A DNA stretch of 64,000 nucleotides from Marsupella aquatica. Its lineage: Eukaryota > Plantae > Marchantiophyta. The DNA lies in contig OZ316898.1 of NCBI GenBank assembly GCA_973895155.1, positions 7,737,079 through 7,801,078 on the forward strand. The letters are read 5' to 3'. Positions 23,534 to 35,084 of this stretch are shown piece by piece. The number at the start of each line of letters is the position of its first letter. Positions within the stretch are counted from its first letter, which is position 1. The position numbers and the translations under genes were made by a program. The notes under the pieces are model-generated. The model was not told the DNA's origin. It made no database searches and saw nothing but the letters and a program-made list of their open reading frames with translations.

Positions 23534-25673
23534 ATGTCTTCACCATCATACCGTATGATCATGGATCCTTTGGCCCCTTCTCGTACAGTTGGCACACATA
23601 CCTGCAGACGTCTGCTAATTATGTCCCTCGGTCTAGTACTCAGCATTGTGGCCGTCACAGCTGCATCTCCTGACTCAGGAAATCTTCAAGGTACTGGCAA
23701 GTTTGTATCCTCTATCTCGAAAGTAGACGACGGGTTGATGATCAGTTATGTACCTACTGTAGGTCGATGTCCGATATTTTCCTTCAGAGCAGTAGAAAAA
23801 TTCGTGAGTCTGAGCGTCCGTTCAAATCGAATTTTCAAGGCTGTGCTCTTCCAATTAATTAAGAAGCGATCACGATCCTCCCATTTCGATTCGTTTGAAC
23901 GACGAACTTGTGACCCACTGCATCAGTCATCTGTTGACTAGTAATTCTGTAGAAGTCCACGCTAGTCGCATTCAAATGTAATTAGCTGGGAGGATTCCGC
24001 ACCAATTGATTTCTTCGACAAAATTCCCGTCACTAGTTCTTTGTGCTTGCACATGCATTGAGTTGGGTAGTATTTCACTGGGTAAGATTGCTAATTATCA
24101 TTCGGTGCTGACAGTTTTTTAATCCTTTTAGCCTTTGTAGTCTGAGTATTTCAAACATGCCCTTGCCGGTACGATTCAATGCGGCATTCAAGTACGTTAA
24201 TTGTAGCATTCCCGACATCACTCTCTGGGTCTCTGCGAATAGTTTATTAGGGCTCGATGGCGACTCCGTCCGCCTGTCCGTTTGAATTGTTTCCTACGGA
24301 ATCGCAAGGTAGGCACAATTTAGACGTTCCCGATCATGGAGTCGACACAACAGGTTATCTGACGGCGCCGCGACTCCTGTTGCTGACAATCAGCTCAGGA
24401 TCATGCAATCATGCAATGTAATCAGATTGTGTTTTTAGAATCACTACGTAACGGTAGCGCATACATTGTTGGTAGTTCAGTCCGGACTGAGTTTCATGTT
24501 AGTTCAGAAAAATGAAGGAATAGAGATGGGCACTCCGCCATTGAGTTCATGGAGTTCAGCGAAGACATCATAATCTAATGGGTATATTTTATGGTCCGTG
24601 CACACATTTGTCCGTTTTCAAGTGTCTCCCTTAGTGCCGTAGCTCCGTAGATTAATTTCTAAACTTTTCTCTGGATCGTTATGAATGCAGCTGTGGGCGC
24701 TGTTCCTGCAGAAATTTCCTTGGCAAGCCATCCAATTCGGGACGAGCAGGCTGGACCGAACGGTAACTTTTTGTCTGCCTGAGCAGCCAAATTGATGTGA
24801 TCTGTCATTTAAATTTTATACCACAGAACTGCAAATTTCGAAATATTATCCTGTACCCAGTTAATTTGAATTCTTAGCCACCAAGTTAAATACGATTTCT
24901 TCCGCTAACAATGTAACAAATTTCCAGACGTTGTAGATCGAATTCGGACGGAGGGAACACCACAGGCTGAAGTCAGGCCGCCTGCTATTGGAACGCGTCG
25001 TGTGGAGGGATGGAGTCGAAAAATCTTGCGAGATATCTCTCCTCCTGGATTGTGGCCTACGCCTGATGACGTTACTCCAGTTGTGAACGACGAATTCCAA
25101 AGACGATCTCTTGTTATGGGCAGCACCTCTGCACCACCATTGGGTTCACCACCATTGGGTTCAGTCGGTCCACTGCTCGTGATGCACAGTTGGCAGGACG
25201 CAGAAGACTCGTTTCTTCGCCAAGCTCTTGTGGCTGATAAAACATACCCTGTGGCGCACTGGTCATCGATAGTTAACAAGCTCAACCGGCTGGGGTCTGT
25301 GATAAATATATCTTCACTCGCTTTCGGAATTCGTCTTCTTGGATCCTTGAGGGTGAATGTAGTGACCGCCGGAGACAGCTTGGAGAAAATGGAGCATGGA
25401 GATCAGGACTCTTTTCTCCCTGCCGCTGATAACACTTCTCCGGATCCAAATCTGGAAAGTGAAATGCAGTCACGGACTGGGCATTTCGAAGAGTCGTCGA
25501 CTGCTGTGCAGCAAAATGCTGCTGAAACATCGGAAGAACCCAAATTTCGTAGCAGGAGAAGTCTGCTGCAGGGTGACATTTCTCCTCCGGGAATGTGGCC
25601 TGATGCTGATGATGACGAGAGTCAGCTTTCCGAGTCCGTGGTGCTGCGGAGACGAAGACTCAGGAACATCTAA
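23534..25673 (+). CDS. Secreted pre-pro-protein, candidate multi-peptide hormone precursor (324 aa; exons 23534-23690, 24691-24762, 24928-25673)
   Basis: Hydrophobic signal segment RRLLIMSLGLVLSIVAVTAA. Two phase-1 GT-AG introns, with branch-like GCTAAC before acceptor 2. Exons total 975 nt, in frame. Repeated DISPPG[L/M]WP follows RKILR and RRSLLQG. Confidence 0.8.
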
Positions 25674-27385
25674 GCAGCCGGTGTTGTCTTGCTTCAAGGT
25701 GACGAGTGAGCAGGGATGATGTTGCCTATAGATTTACGCAATGTACAGTATAACACTGCAGGATGTGCTTACAGTACATGAGTGGTGGCGACCTGGACCA
25801 TTTTCCCTACTTTACAAAGGATTTTTCTGGGGTGTGCCGGTACTTTTCCTGAATTCGGAGCGCCGCGCCACCAAACCAGGACTGCTAAAAGATATGATGA
25901 GCAGGCCGACGATCTGCAAATAATTCGTCGGCTTGGGATTATAATACCGTTAAGGAGGACCGGTGTCGAATAGCACATCGGTATCCTAAGTATAGAGCTA
26001 GAGAAGTCAAGAACCAGAGGTTCGAATAGTAGTAGTGGAATACTGGATACTTACAGCAGTGTGCGCTGCTGCTGAACGAGAGGCTTGCAGACTCTAACTT
26101 GGAGAAATCAATCAAAAGTAGTCATGGAGTTGTGCAGTAAGCATTGACGGAGCCGCGACTCTCTGACTTGCTCCGATTGAAGAAAGTACGCGGGTCTTTC
26201 TTGTTTGCATTACCAAGACACCCACCCTAGGAGTCCGGGTCCCGCCCCCCACAGCTCAGCCCAGGTTGCCAGCCACTGTATTGTACTACTTACTTCATAG
26301 CAGATGTTTATTTGTAAAATCTAAGAGGAAATGATATAGATATGATATGATATGATATGATGCATAGATAGAGCGCGTTAAGTGCATATTTAGTCCGAGC
26401 TTGATTTGAGACGATAAATACGCTTCTTAAATTCTGAAGTGTTGCCTGCACAGACAGCGAGCAATTCAAATAAAAGATTACTTAATTCTACCAGACACGG
26501 TACAGCTTATAAAAGACTTGCATGAAACCTAGCTGAAGTGAGCAACAGCGGACGATGGGAAATGAGTCATATCTGTCAACAATTGAAGCAAATGATTGCT
26601 CAGGCTAGCTACCAGCTCACTTGTGATGTTTCTTGAGCATCGGTGGACGAACCGGGCATAGCTGATGCATGCATTCAAAACAAATCAAACAGAGGATTGC
26701 ATTTGCCAGGTTGACTGGAACCCCGACTGGAACGCGAAGACTGGCATTCATGACTTACTGTGATCTACGCTAGCTAGGGATTCACACTGCTGTATCCAGT
26801 TCTCTCCTTGTACAGTACAGTAGACTCGCATGTGAGATGAAATTCTTCGAGCATGATTGGAAGGCGAGCCTAATTTTTACCGTGAGCCAGTTATTGCAAC
26901 GAGAAATTTCTCCTACGAGACGTGCAGCATGCAATTTCGTTGAGCATGAGTCGATAATGGGCAAAATAAACTGAACTGTTACAAGCAACTTACGGGACAA
27001 GCAATTTACATGGAAGATTCCTCAAAGGCAAGCTTCTGTTAGTGACGGGCATTGATCATGGCCATGATTGGTGAGCATGAACAGGAATTCGTTAGACTCT
27101 GGACGGTTGACTAGAAACTGCTTCTATGTACCAGAATTTGGACTACAGGAGCCAACTTTTGGACGAAGTTTCGTGGACAGATTGATTCAGGGAATGAATG
27201 ACCTCACCTGAAGATAACTTGCAGTGCTGTGTACACTGTCAAAACTGTCAAACCAGAATTTGCAAATTCCAATGCATCGAGAAACGCGCTGAGATCCTGC
27301 TTGCAGAATTTAACATGCAAATTATGTACTGTAGTAGTTCTCAATTGGGAAAAAGTTATTTTAGGTTGCCTCCACACTTTAGCAG

Positions 27386-27545
27386 TGGTGATTTAAACTG
27401 TTCCCAACCCAATGTTCTCTGAATCCATGTTTCCTGTATTTGTTCATAGTTACCTAGTCAAAACTGGTGATTGAAACTGTTCCCAGCCAAATGTTCTCTC
27501 AGCCTACTGTATGTTTCCTGTAATTTGTTCATACCTAGTCAAAAC
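27386..27545. repeat. Tandem duplication, two ~80-bp units
   Basis: TGGTGATT.AAACTGTTCCCA...CCTAGTCAAAAC occurs twice. Confidence 0.85.
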
Positions 27546-30500
27546 ATGTTTTTGCTGCCTATTTCAATATAGGTGACATCATTTTCAGAGCATTATACCT
27601 CGTAACGTTTTTTCAGGCTATAGTGGGGAATTTCCGTGGCACGAATAGCCCTAACTTTCCCTGACGCGTTGCATGGATTGGATAATAGTCCAATTTTGGG
27701 GGACCAAAAATGAAAACATACTATATTATTCTCCCACAAAACTTTGGAAGTTTTCTGCCTTTGGAAGTTTTCTGCCTGGACTATGTAAATCACCCAATAT
27801 TTTAATTTGTTACGTGGAGAGTCAGTTTTTGCAGAAGGGACCCCTCAAAAGAAAGTTCTCTTGCCGTTGCATCAATGTTTTCCTTCTCTACATCGTAGAA
27901 GTAGCACGTCACAATTTTTTCACTAGTCTCTGTTGAGGTGCTATTGTGGAAAAAACCCGGGAAAAACTGTAGTATTCAATTTATGACCTTGGAACGTTCC
28001 GGGGAACGGTACAGCAGTGTTGGGCGGTGACTAAATTGTAAGAATTGAACCCCATAATTCCACTTCATTTGTGTTATCACGATTGTTATGTATTCACCTC
28101 AAAGTGCAGCTTAAAAATTATGAGTATATACAAGAGAAGAAAGTTTTATGTAGCTATATATGCCTGGTATGATAACTTAGACCATCCAACTTAGACTCAT
28201 ACCATCCAACTACCAAGAAGTCAGAGCTTGGATTTACTTTATTTTTCATTTGAAAAATTTTCAGCACTATTTAAACTAGACAGACACTACTCTTCCCCAT
28301 AAATCAATTCTGGATTTGACCAATCAGATCTCATTGTTTGTTTCCCATATTCTCTCTGACCATTTTGCCTGCTTTTTTGGTGAGACTTTGCTCAAGTTCT
28401 AAATTTTGAGCCATAGATTGCATTAGAAAGATGGTTCAGAGGTGAAGATGTGAGTGAAGGTCTGAATGATGGTTCAAGAGGGGTCTCCCCTGCAAAGTTT
28501 GCCACCCGAGAAAGGTTTGTATGAGCCCTAGGGTAACCTAGAGCCTTGTGTACTACAAGATGTGGTTTAAGAACATAACTGTACCTGGGCCCAGGCAGCT
28601 TTGAAAAATGCACTCATAGGAAAGAAACAACTTCCACGTAGCAAGCACAAGGGCAGCCCAAAAGGGAGGGCACTGCCAGGGCCCATTGACCCAGGTAGGC
28701 TGAACGACTCCATCCTGTCCTGACTCCAAAAATGAATTAGAGAGGGGTATAAATATGGGGAGAGGGAGTGCCTATGGCCATACAGAGAGATGGGACTTTG
28801 TAGAGGAAGCAGCGAGGTCCAGATTGTAATAGGATAGGTACTGGTTCAGTCACGCTTTAGCGCATGTCGTCATCCAAAGCTATCCTATGCACTTTTGTTT
28901 CTAACAAAGGGTACGTCCAAATGTACTTTCGATGCTCAAGGACCACTATCAATATAAAGAAATTGTACATACTATCAAAAGAAGTGATCTTGATGGTTTT
29001 CTTTTATTTTAAAAACTAGCTCATAACCGGTGCCTACAATATGGGTATGGATTACGAGCTACATTGGCTTACGTAGTTAATCCCTAGCTACTATAACCAA
29101 GACCTGCTTATTAAAATCCAATTTCAGGACTTTTCTTTTGGCTAGCTAACTCGCTAGCCATCTAGAGATTCCCTCTTTGATCTCTGCTGCAGAAGCCAGG
29201 GGAGACATACAGCAAGATAGTTGTGAGGTACAAAAGCAAATGTTCAAATTTATGGCCAATTTCCCAAGTTTGCAAACTAAGTTCACCAGTTGTTTTCTTT
29301 GTTGCTTTGTTGCCCTTAGTCATATGTAGTCATCAAAGTTATTGTGTCTTTGTAGTTCAGGTCTCCCCTCCTCACAAGCTAGGTGTTCATTATAGGCGAG
29401 AGGTGAGGCCTCCATATAGAGAGACCCCCAAGGTTATAGGCACTGCCCGCACCATACAAGAATGCGGAGGCCCACCAAGAAAATTCTCTGCCACAATGAG
29501 ATACCTTGTGTCATGCAGGGACCCACCAAACAAATATGTCCCACCAAATAAGATTCTGGCTTTCTCTAGGAACAATTGGTGTTGTGTGGGTAGGAGTAAC
29601 AACAAACAAAATAGATTTTGGTTGTTGCCTCATTACAACTCTACGTTTCTCACCTTCTGTACTTTAGTTCATCATAGAGTGTTTTTGTCAACACAATGTG
29701 TACCTTCCATCTTTTTCTTTATGACAATGAGTACTGAATACAGTAAACCCCCTAAATCCTGGCGTGTCTTTTGCATGTGTACCCTAAAAAGAAGGCCGTA
29801 AAAATAACAAGGAAGAAATTAATATAGAATCAAGTAGTCAACACAAAACGAACACATTTAGGTTCTCCCCTTCTAGAGCAGCAACTTGACCTACTCCGTA
29901 TAGGTATTCCCACTGTTGCTTGATGGATTTTATTTTTAAATATAAACCCCCACTTATACCCTCGTTTCAAGTTGCCCTTTAAATCATTGTTTAGAACTTC
30001 TTCCTTTCGCACAAGAGGAGCACACAAAACCCTGGAGTAAAGATATCACAGAAAGAGAGAGCAATTACTCAAGCTCAGCACCTTTCCTGCTCCGGCCACT
30101 AACACCACCATGATACTCTAAAAGCTCTATTAAGGTTGTAACAATAAAAGGGAACCATTTTTTACTAACCTGTCCCCCAAACTGGTCGTTATTGCCAAGC
30201 CGTCTGCCACACTTTTTATTCCTACCTTGCCCACCTTTTCGTATACTGGTTAGCTTAACCCAAGTACTTAACCCAAGGTCCTTCCTGATTGGTCACCGGC
30301 CACATGGTGAGGCACTGTTGGCCCCTCCATAACCCTGTCGGAGGTGCCCTAACCCAGTCCCGAGTATGGGTCCCCCCCCCCACAAGTGCAATGTAGGCCC
30401 ATCTAGAGAGCCGCCCGATCCTGCCTCCTCCTCCCCTCGCGACTCCCTTTGCGCAGCAGCATCTCAACCCTGCCGGCCCCACTCTCCCCCTTTGTGTTTT

Positions 30501-31371
30501 ACCAAAGGAATGCCCAAGCAATGTTTACACATTGCTTATGTGTATACTTTTGGGCCTGCGAGCTGCCTCCTTGGGCCACCATCAATTGAGCTTGCAGTAC
30601 GGCCCTACTCGCACTAGAAGGAAATTGGGTTTTTACAACTATGTCCTTTTTTACTCCTGGTCGGAAACAACTCTTAAGCAATCCCAACAACTGTGTTTTC
30701 GAAGAGTGGTATCTGGCTTGTAAAAGCAACTAAGTTTACCACTGCAATAGAAAGAATAACTCATTTGTTTTATTTGAGTGACTAAGGACAATTTAAAAAA
30801 CTACTCTAATTAGAGATGAAGAGGATTCTAGTTGTTTAAGGTAGTTTTGTAGTTGTTTGGGTGACGGTGGCTAATGACTATGACACATAGAGTTATATGG
30901 GACAACGGTGAGAAAGGACTGGCCCAACAGAAACCTTGAGACATCAGTGTTTTCCATTAAAAGACTTGGTCAGGAACATATAGTTGTACACTTCTATCTT
31001 GAGCAGCTGCTATATATTTGCTGAACAAATATATGTTGGACCATTTGTAGTTTGATTTGGCCTACAAATCATTTCTTAGTAGCAACCAGGGTAGCAAGCT
31101 CTTTACGCAGTTAAATGTGGATTTGCATGGGCCAGTTGGTAATGAGCACGGAACTACTACAATGCACGCTCTGCGGGTGGGAGTATAAATATCCTGGTGG
31201 AAATACAATCTTGCAAAGGATCGCAAGAGAGTTTGCTGGTTACTCAACCATAAGTAGACTTCATCTTGTACAACGTGTGAGTACAAATAAACATTGAAAT
31301 TGTTTTAATTTTACAAAATGTATTACAATGTGCAGTGCAACAACACTGCCAAGTTAGATCCGCAAAAGTTC

Positions 31372-32121
31372 TTATAAATTCCTATGTAGACCTTCTATCG
31401 GCACATGACCCAGTAACCAGTTCTTTGCTTCTTCTATAAGCCTAAAAGACTTGTGTTTATTGCCACTAAAACCTGAGACTTCGCGCTCTGCTTCTTCCCA
31501 ACATTCATAGATACCAGGATTCCGGCCTTTCCCCACTGCATACCACCGTTTCCTACTATGCAAGGAGGGATGATTGCATCTAAAATATAATACATCAAAG
31601 CTTGGATCAATCTGATGCTGGCCATGCCCTGAAACTTGAGCTGCCTGCCCATGCTCATACAGTAGATGTTGCTCTCTCACTATTGGTTGCTGAGCTGGAA
31701 TTTGAGCTGGCTGGCTATGGTGCTCATATACAGGATGCATCCATTGCTGCTCTCCATGCTCATCTTTTGGATTCTTAGCAGGATGAGGGCTGGAACTATG
31801 TCCTTCTGGTTGAGGACGAGCAACAGTAGTGAGATTCTCAACAGGCTGGGGGCTGAAATCAGGACCTTCTGGTTGAGGACGAGCAACAACAGTGAGATTA
31901 CCAATAGACTGAGGGCTGAAATCAGGAACTTCTGGTTGAGGACGAGCAACAGCAATGAGACGCTCAAGCAGCTCATGCAAAAAGCGGAAAAACTCGCTCA
32001 GTAGTCCAAGGCAAGACCAAAACAGGCCGTCACAAACTAAGGCCACAGCTGACCACAAAATTGCACCAAAAGCTTGCCTACAGGTGCTCCATGCATCCTC
32101 CAACTTTGCCTCTATTGCCAT
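31372..32121 (-). CDS. CACTA cargo protein with C-terminal RNase H1 N-terminal / caulimovirus viroplasmin (hybrid-binding) domain
   Basis: RKRWYAVGKGRNPGIYECWEEAEREVSGFSGNKHKSFRLIEEAKNWL (31414-31554) fits the YAV-x2-G-x2-PG[IV]Y-x2-W...V-x-GF consensus. N-terminal hydrophobic stretch and three 21-aa repeats. Upstream exons possible. Confidence 0.8.
   Translation of the reverse strand: MAIEAKLEDAWSTCRQAFGAILWSAVALVCDGLFWSCLGLLSEFFRFLHELLERLIAVARPQPEVPDFSPQSIGNLTVVARPQPEGPDFSPQPVENLTTVARPQPEGHSSSPHPAKNPKDEHGEQQWMHPVYEHHSQPAQIPAQQPIVREQHLLYEHGQAAQVSGHGQHQIDPSFDVLYFRCNHPSLHSRKRWYAVGKGRNPGIYECWEEAEREVSGFSGNKHKSFRLIEEAKNWLLGHVPIEGLHRNL
31790..31953 (-). repeat. 63-bp coding tandem repeat x~3 (VARPQPExPDFSPQ...)
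   Basis: CTTCTGGTTGAGGACGAGCAACA recurs at 63-bp spacing. Confidence 0.92.
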
Positions 32122-34492
32122 ACTGCAAGCGGACTCAGTTACTAGCTTAGTCTCCCGTTTGCTTGCAAAGGATCGATGATGTACCCTAGCGAGGAAACTT
32201 ACCTGAGAAAGCCACAAAAATATTGTGAATTAGTTGTGACTCAATGTATAACAATCAGCCCTAAGGGATATAGAAGAATACAAAGTGACTCTGAAAGCAC
32301 GTGGACCCCTCAACGACAAGCATGATCTTAATTTGGCAAAACCTTGTTGCAGATTTCTTTGTGGTGAAGACATCAACAACATCAATGAACGGCTCAAAGC
32401 AGCTTTTCTTAAATTGTTGCAATTGGTCATTATTTTCTTAATCAAATGAGAAGCTGCAAACTCTGCAATGCAGTCCGATCGGGCTTTGATCAGCAACATA
32501 CTACCATGCCAGGCGTGCTAAAATAACAATTGAAGAATAACATTTGTGACCAACTAATTAATAAAAGTAGAGTCTAATGGCTGATTGCCCTCGACAAATC
32601 ACTGCAATCTTCTTGTTGACAGTGCAATGGGGTTCTCCCCAACTCAATTGCAAACTCTGGATAGTAACGGACACAGGTGCTACGAGATATTACAATGCAT
32701 ATGAAGTAGCTAGGCTGAGTCGCCAAGGAACGAAAGGCAAAACTGACAAACTGAACGCTTGTCTGAGTAAGCAGACAATAGATCCAATTAATTATAGGTG
32801 AAGAAATAACGAGACTTACCGGAGAGATAGTATTAAGTAGATAGTCCAGCCACTTGCCACCACACTTTCTTCCAAAACCGTGCAATGTATGAGAGACCAC
32901 CAAGCTAGTCTAACCAGGAACACAAAGAGCTAGTAGATGATGACAGATACAAAGATAGGGAATACAAAGTCTTCCTGTCGCTTTCCTCTCCATGGAAGCG
33001 GACGAAAGTTGGATGTCGGCCTCAACAATTCCAGCAGCTTGAATCAAACTTTTTGTTCCTCTCTGCTATCCTAATGGCCTCCTGCCTGCCCTCCACCAGG
33101 TTTCCCAGCAATCGTCTTAACCTCACACTCATCCCCTTACGTAGCCTACCTATAGCCTACCTGTGCGCGACCAAATTAAATTCCTCCTTCGTAAGAAACA
33201 ATACTTGTAAAAATATTCCAAATTTCCAGACTGTCAACCCTATGACCTGGCCTCACGTTGTATATGCAAGAGAAATGACCCTGTGACCCGTCCCTCCCAA
33301 TTGCAACCATCCCATACAGCCATGAAATTATTCCATCTGCAAACCCTAAACTGTCTTAGCTAAGGTGCAATTCGCATCTAATGAAGGTCATCACTTCTCA
33401 ATGGCTTCCTATTGCGATTGCCCGCCTTCTTGAAATGAGAAATGTAGTGACAGCATTCAAGAGAAGAGCTGATGATGATGGTTGTGGGCGTGGCAAACTA
33501 GGAAGTTGACGGCCTCGCAGCTCGCGAGGGCGGTGAGTGATTGACCTTTTGTCAAGAAACTGAGCCCTCCATTTGTGCCGAGCCAGAGTGATCACTAACA
33601 TTTGAAAGAATTGCTTCGAGTAAGCTTGACGTCAATCTGTCCTTCGTATTGCTTCGAGTAAGAATTTCTTCGAGTAAGCATTGATCCGTGCCAAAGAAAA
33701 CTGTCGCTTGCGCCTTGACGGAACTCTTGAAGTCAGATTTTCTTTCCCCCTCCCTTCCTTGCTTCCCTTCCACCTCCCTTCCTCTCGTGTGCTCACTCAC
33801 TGATGCCGATGAACCGCTATAGGAAATCCGCTATGCTACAAAACTGTACTCGATTTCAACAAGAGTCCTATGGCAGCAGCTTGCGCTTGTGGTTTACAGC
33901 TTGCGGGTGTGTGTCGTCCCCTCTGCTCGCGTTTCAGGATTCACTCAAAAGGAATGCAAGGGGAGTGTATTCTGGAAAACTGGCAAAGGAGTGCATTCTA
34001 GCAAAGTCTTCCCGTAGCGAGAATTCCTCTTCTTGAACTAAACTTAACGCGCAGCACCAGTGACTACACCAATGCTAGAAGCAGACAATGTATGCTTAAA
34101 CTGCTTAACTGGCACACAAACTTACGTTGATCCAAAGGTTCTTACCTTAGACTAGGGACATAGAAGCATATACACCCAAAGTAAATATTTCTCAATTAAT
34201 CTCTACAGAACAAATCTGAATAAAAAGAATGTAGTTTGATACGGTGGTTGGACATTGCTACCTCCCAACTCTACCACAAATTAATTAATTTAAATGTTAT
34301 CCGTTTGGCACTTAGTCTTGCGCAAGACAATCTTTAGTTCTTGCTTAAAATGAATTAATTTAATATCACTAAGGGGCTGATGTGGAGGAGTGAAGAAGCA
34401 TGCAGCTGTTAGTTATAACCAAAAAACTTGCACACATACACTATTTGCATCTCATCTACTCAAATTAGATTGTCAAAATAATATGTCACACG

Positions 34493-35084
34493 TCTTAGCT
34501 TGGGTCTTTGCAACTCGAAGAACCCACTCAGAATCAGGTGCTTTGAGATGACAAGAATTAAAGCACTGCTTTATACCACTCTCATTGCAGTGGTGCGAGC
34601 CATGTTTTATAAAACCACTAAGAGGTCTGAGTGGTTTCACCAGTGGTACATGGTAGGGTCACCCACTAACTCTATTTCTCCAATTCCACAAACTCTTGGA
34701 GTGATGTTGCTAAAGGTGGTGGAAGGAGTTGCTCAACTTCTATGTGCCCCAAAACTTAGCACCTTTTGATTTCTTGTGTGATGGGGTGGGTGGTTTTGCT
34801 CAAACTGGGAGGCCATTGTGTTAGAGCTGTCCTTCAGGAGCAATGTGATGGAGCTAAGTTGGAGAAATGAGGAAGGCTACAACCAAAAATCATGAGCCTA
34901 CCATTGGCACCCCATGTTCTAAAATTATAAATACAATGTGCCAGCCCTCTTAGCCTGGGTCTTTGCAACTTGAAGAACCCACTCAGAATCCACTCATAAT
35001 CAGGTGTTTTGAGATGACAAGAATTAAAGCACTGCTTATACCACTCTCATTGCAGTGGTGCGAGCCGTGTTTTATAAAACCACT
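34493..35084. repeat. ~130-bp direct repeats (34493-34619 and 34948-35084), TRIM-like
   Basis: Near-identical blocks ~330 bp apart. First copy is preceded by TGTCACA. No clear PBS, PPT or TSD. Confidence 0.7.

Noticed and set aside
23507-23941. Single-exon 144-aa ORF from the ORF track
   Set aside because: After 23690 it reads into a GT-AG intron. The spliced model links the signal peptide to the repeat-bearing exon.
24251-24308. Possible extra exon (AG...GT bounded) in intron 1
   Set aside because: It has a TGA in the required phase.
25032-25058. PPGLW matches the core of cnidarian GLWamide neuropeptides
   Set aside because: It is followed by Pro, not the Gly plus basic residue amidation signal, and the context is plant. 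Treated as coincidence or convergence.
28580-28910. LTR-like patch with TATAAATA
   Set aside because: No TG..CA boundaries, TSD or second copy could be established.
29223-29801. 192-aa ORF
   Set aside because: GTG start, no recognisable motif and no splice support.
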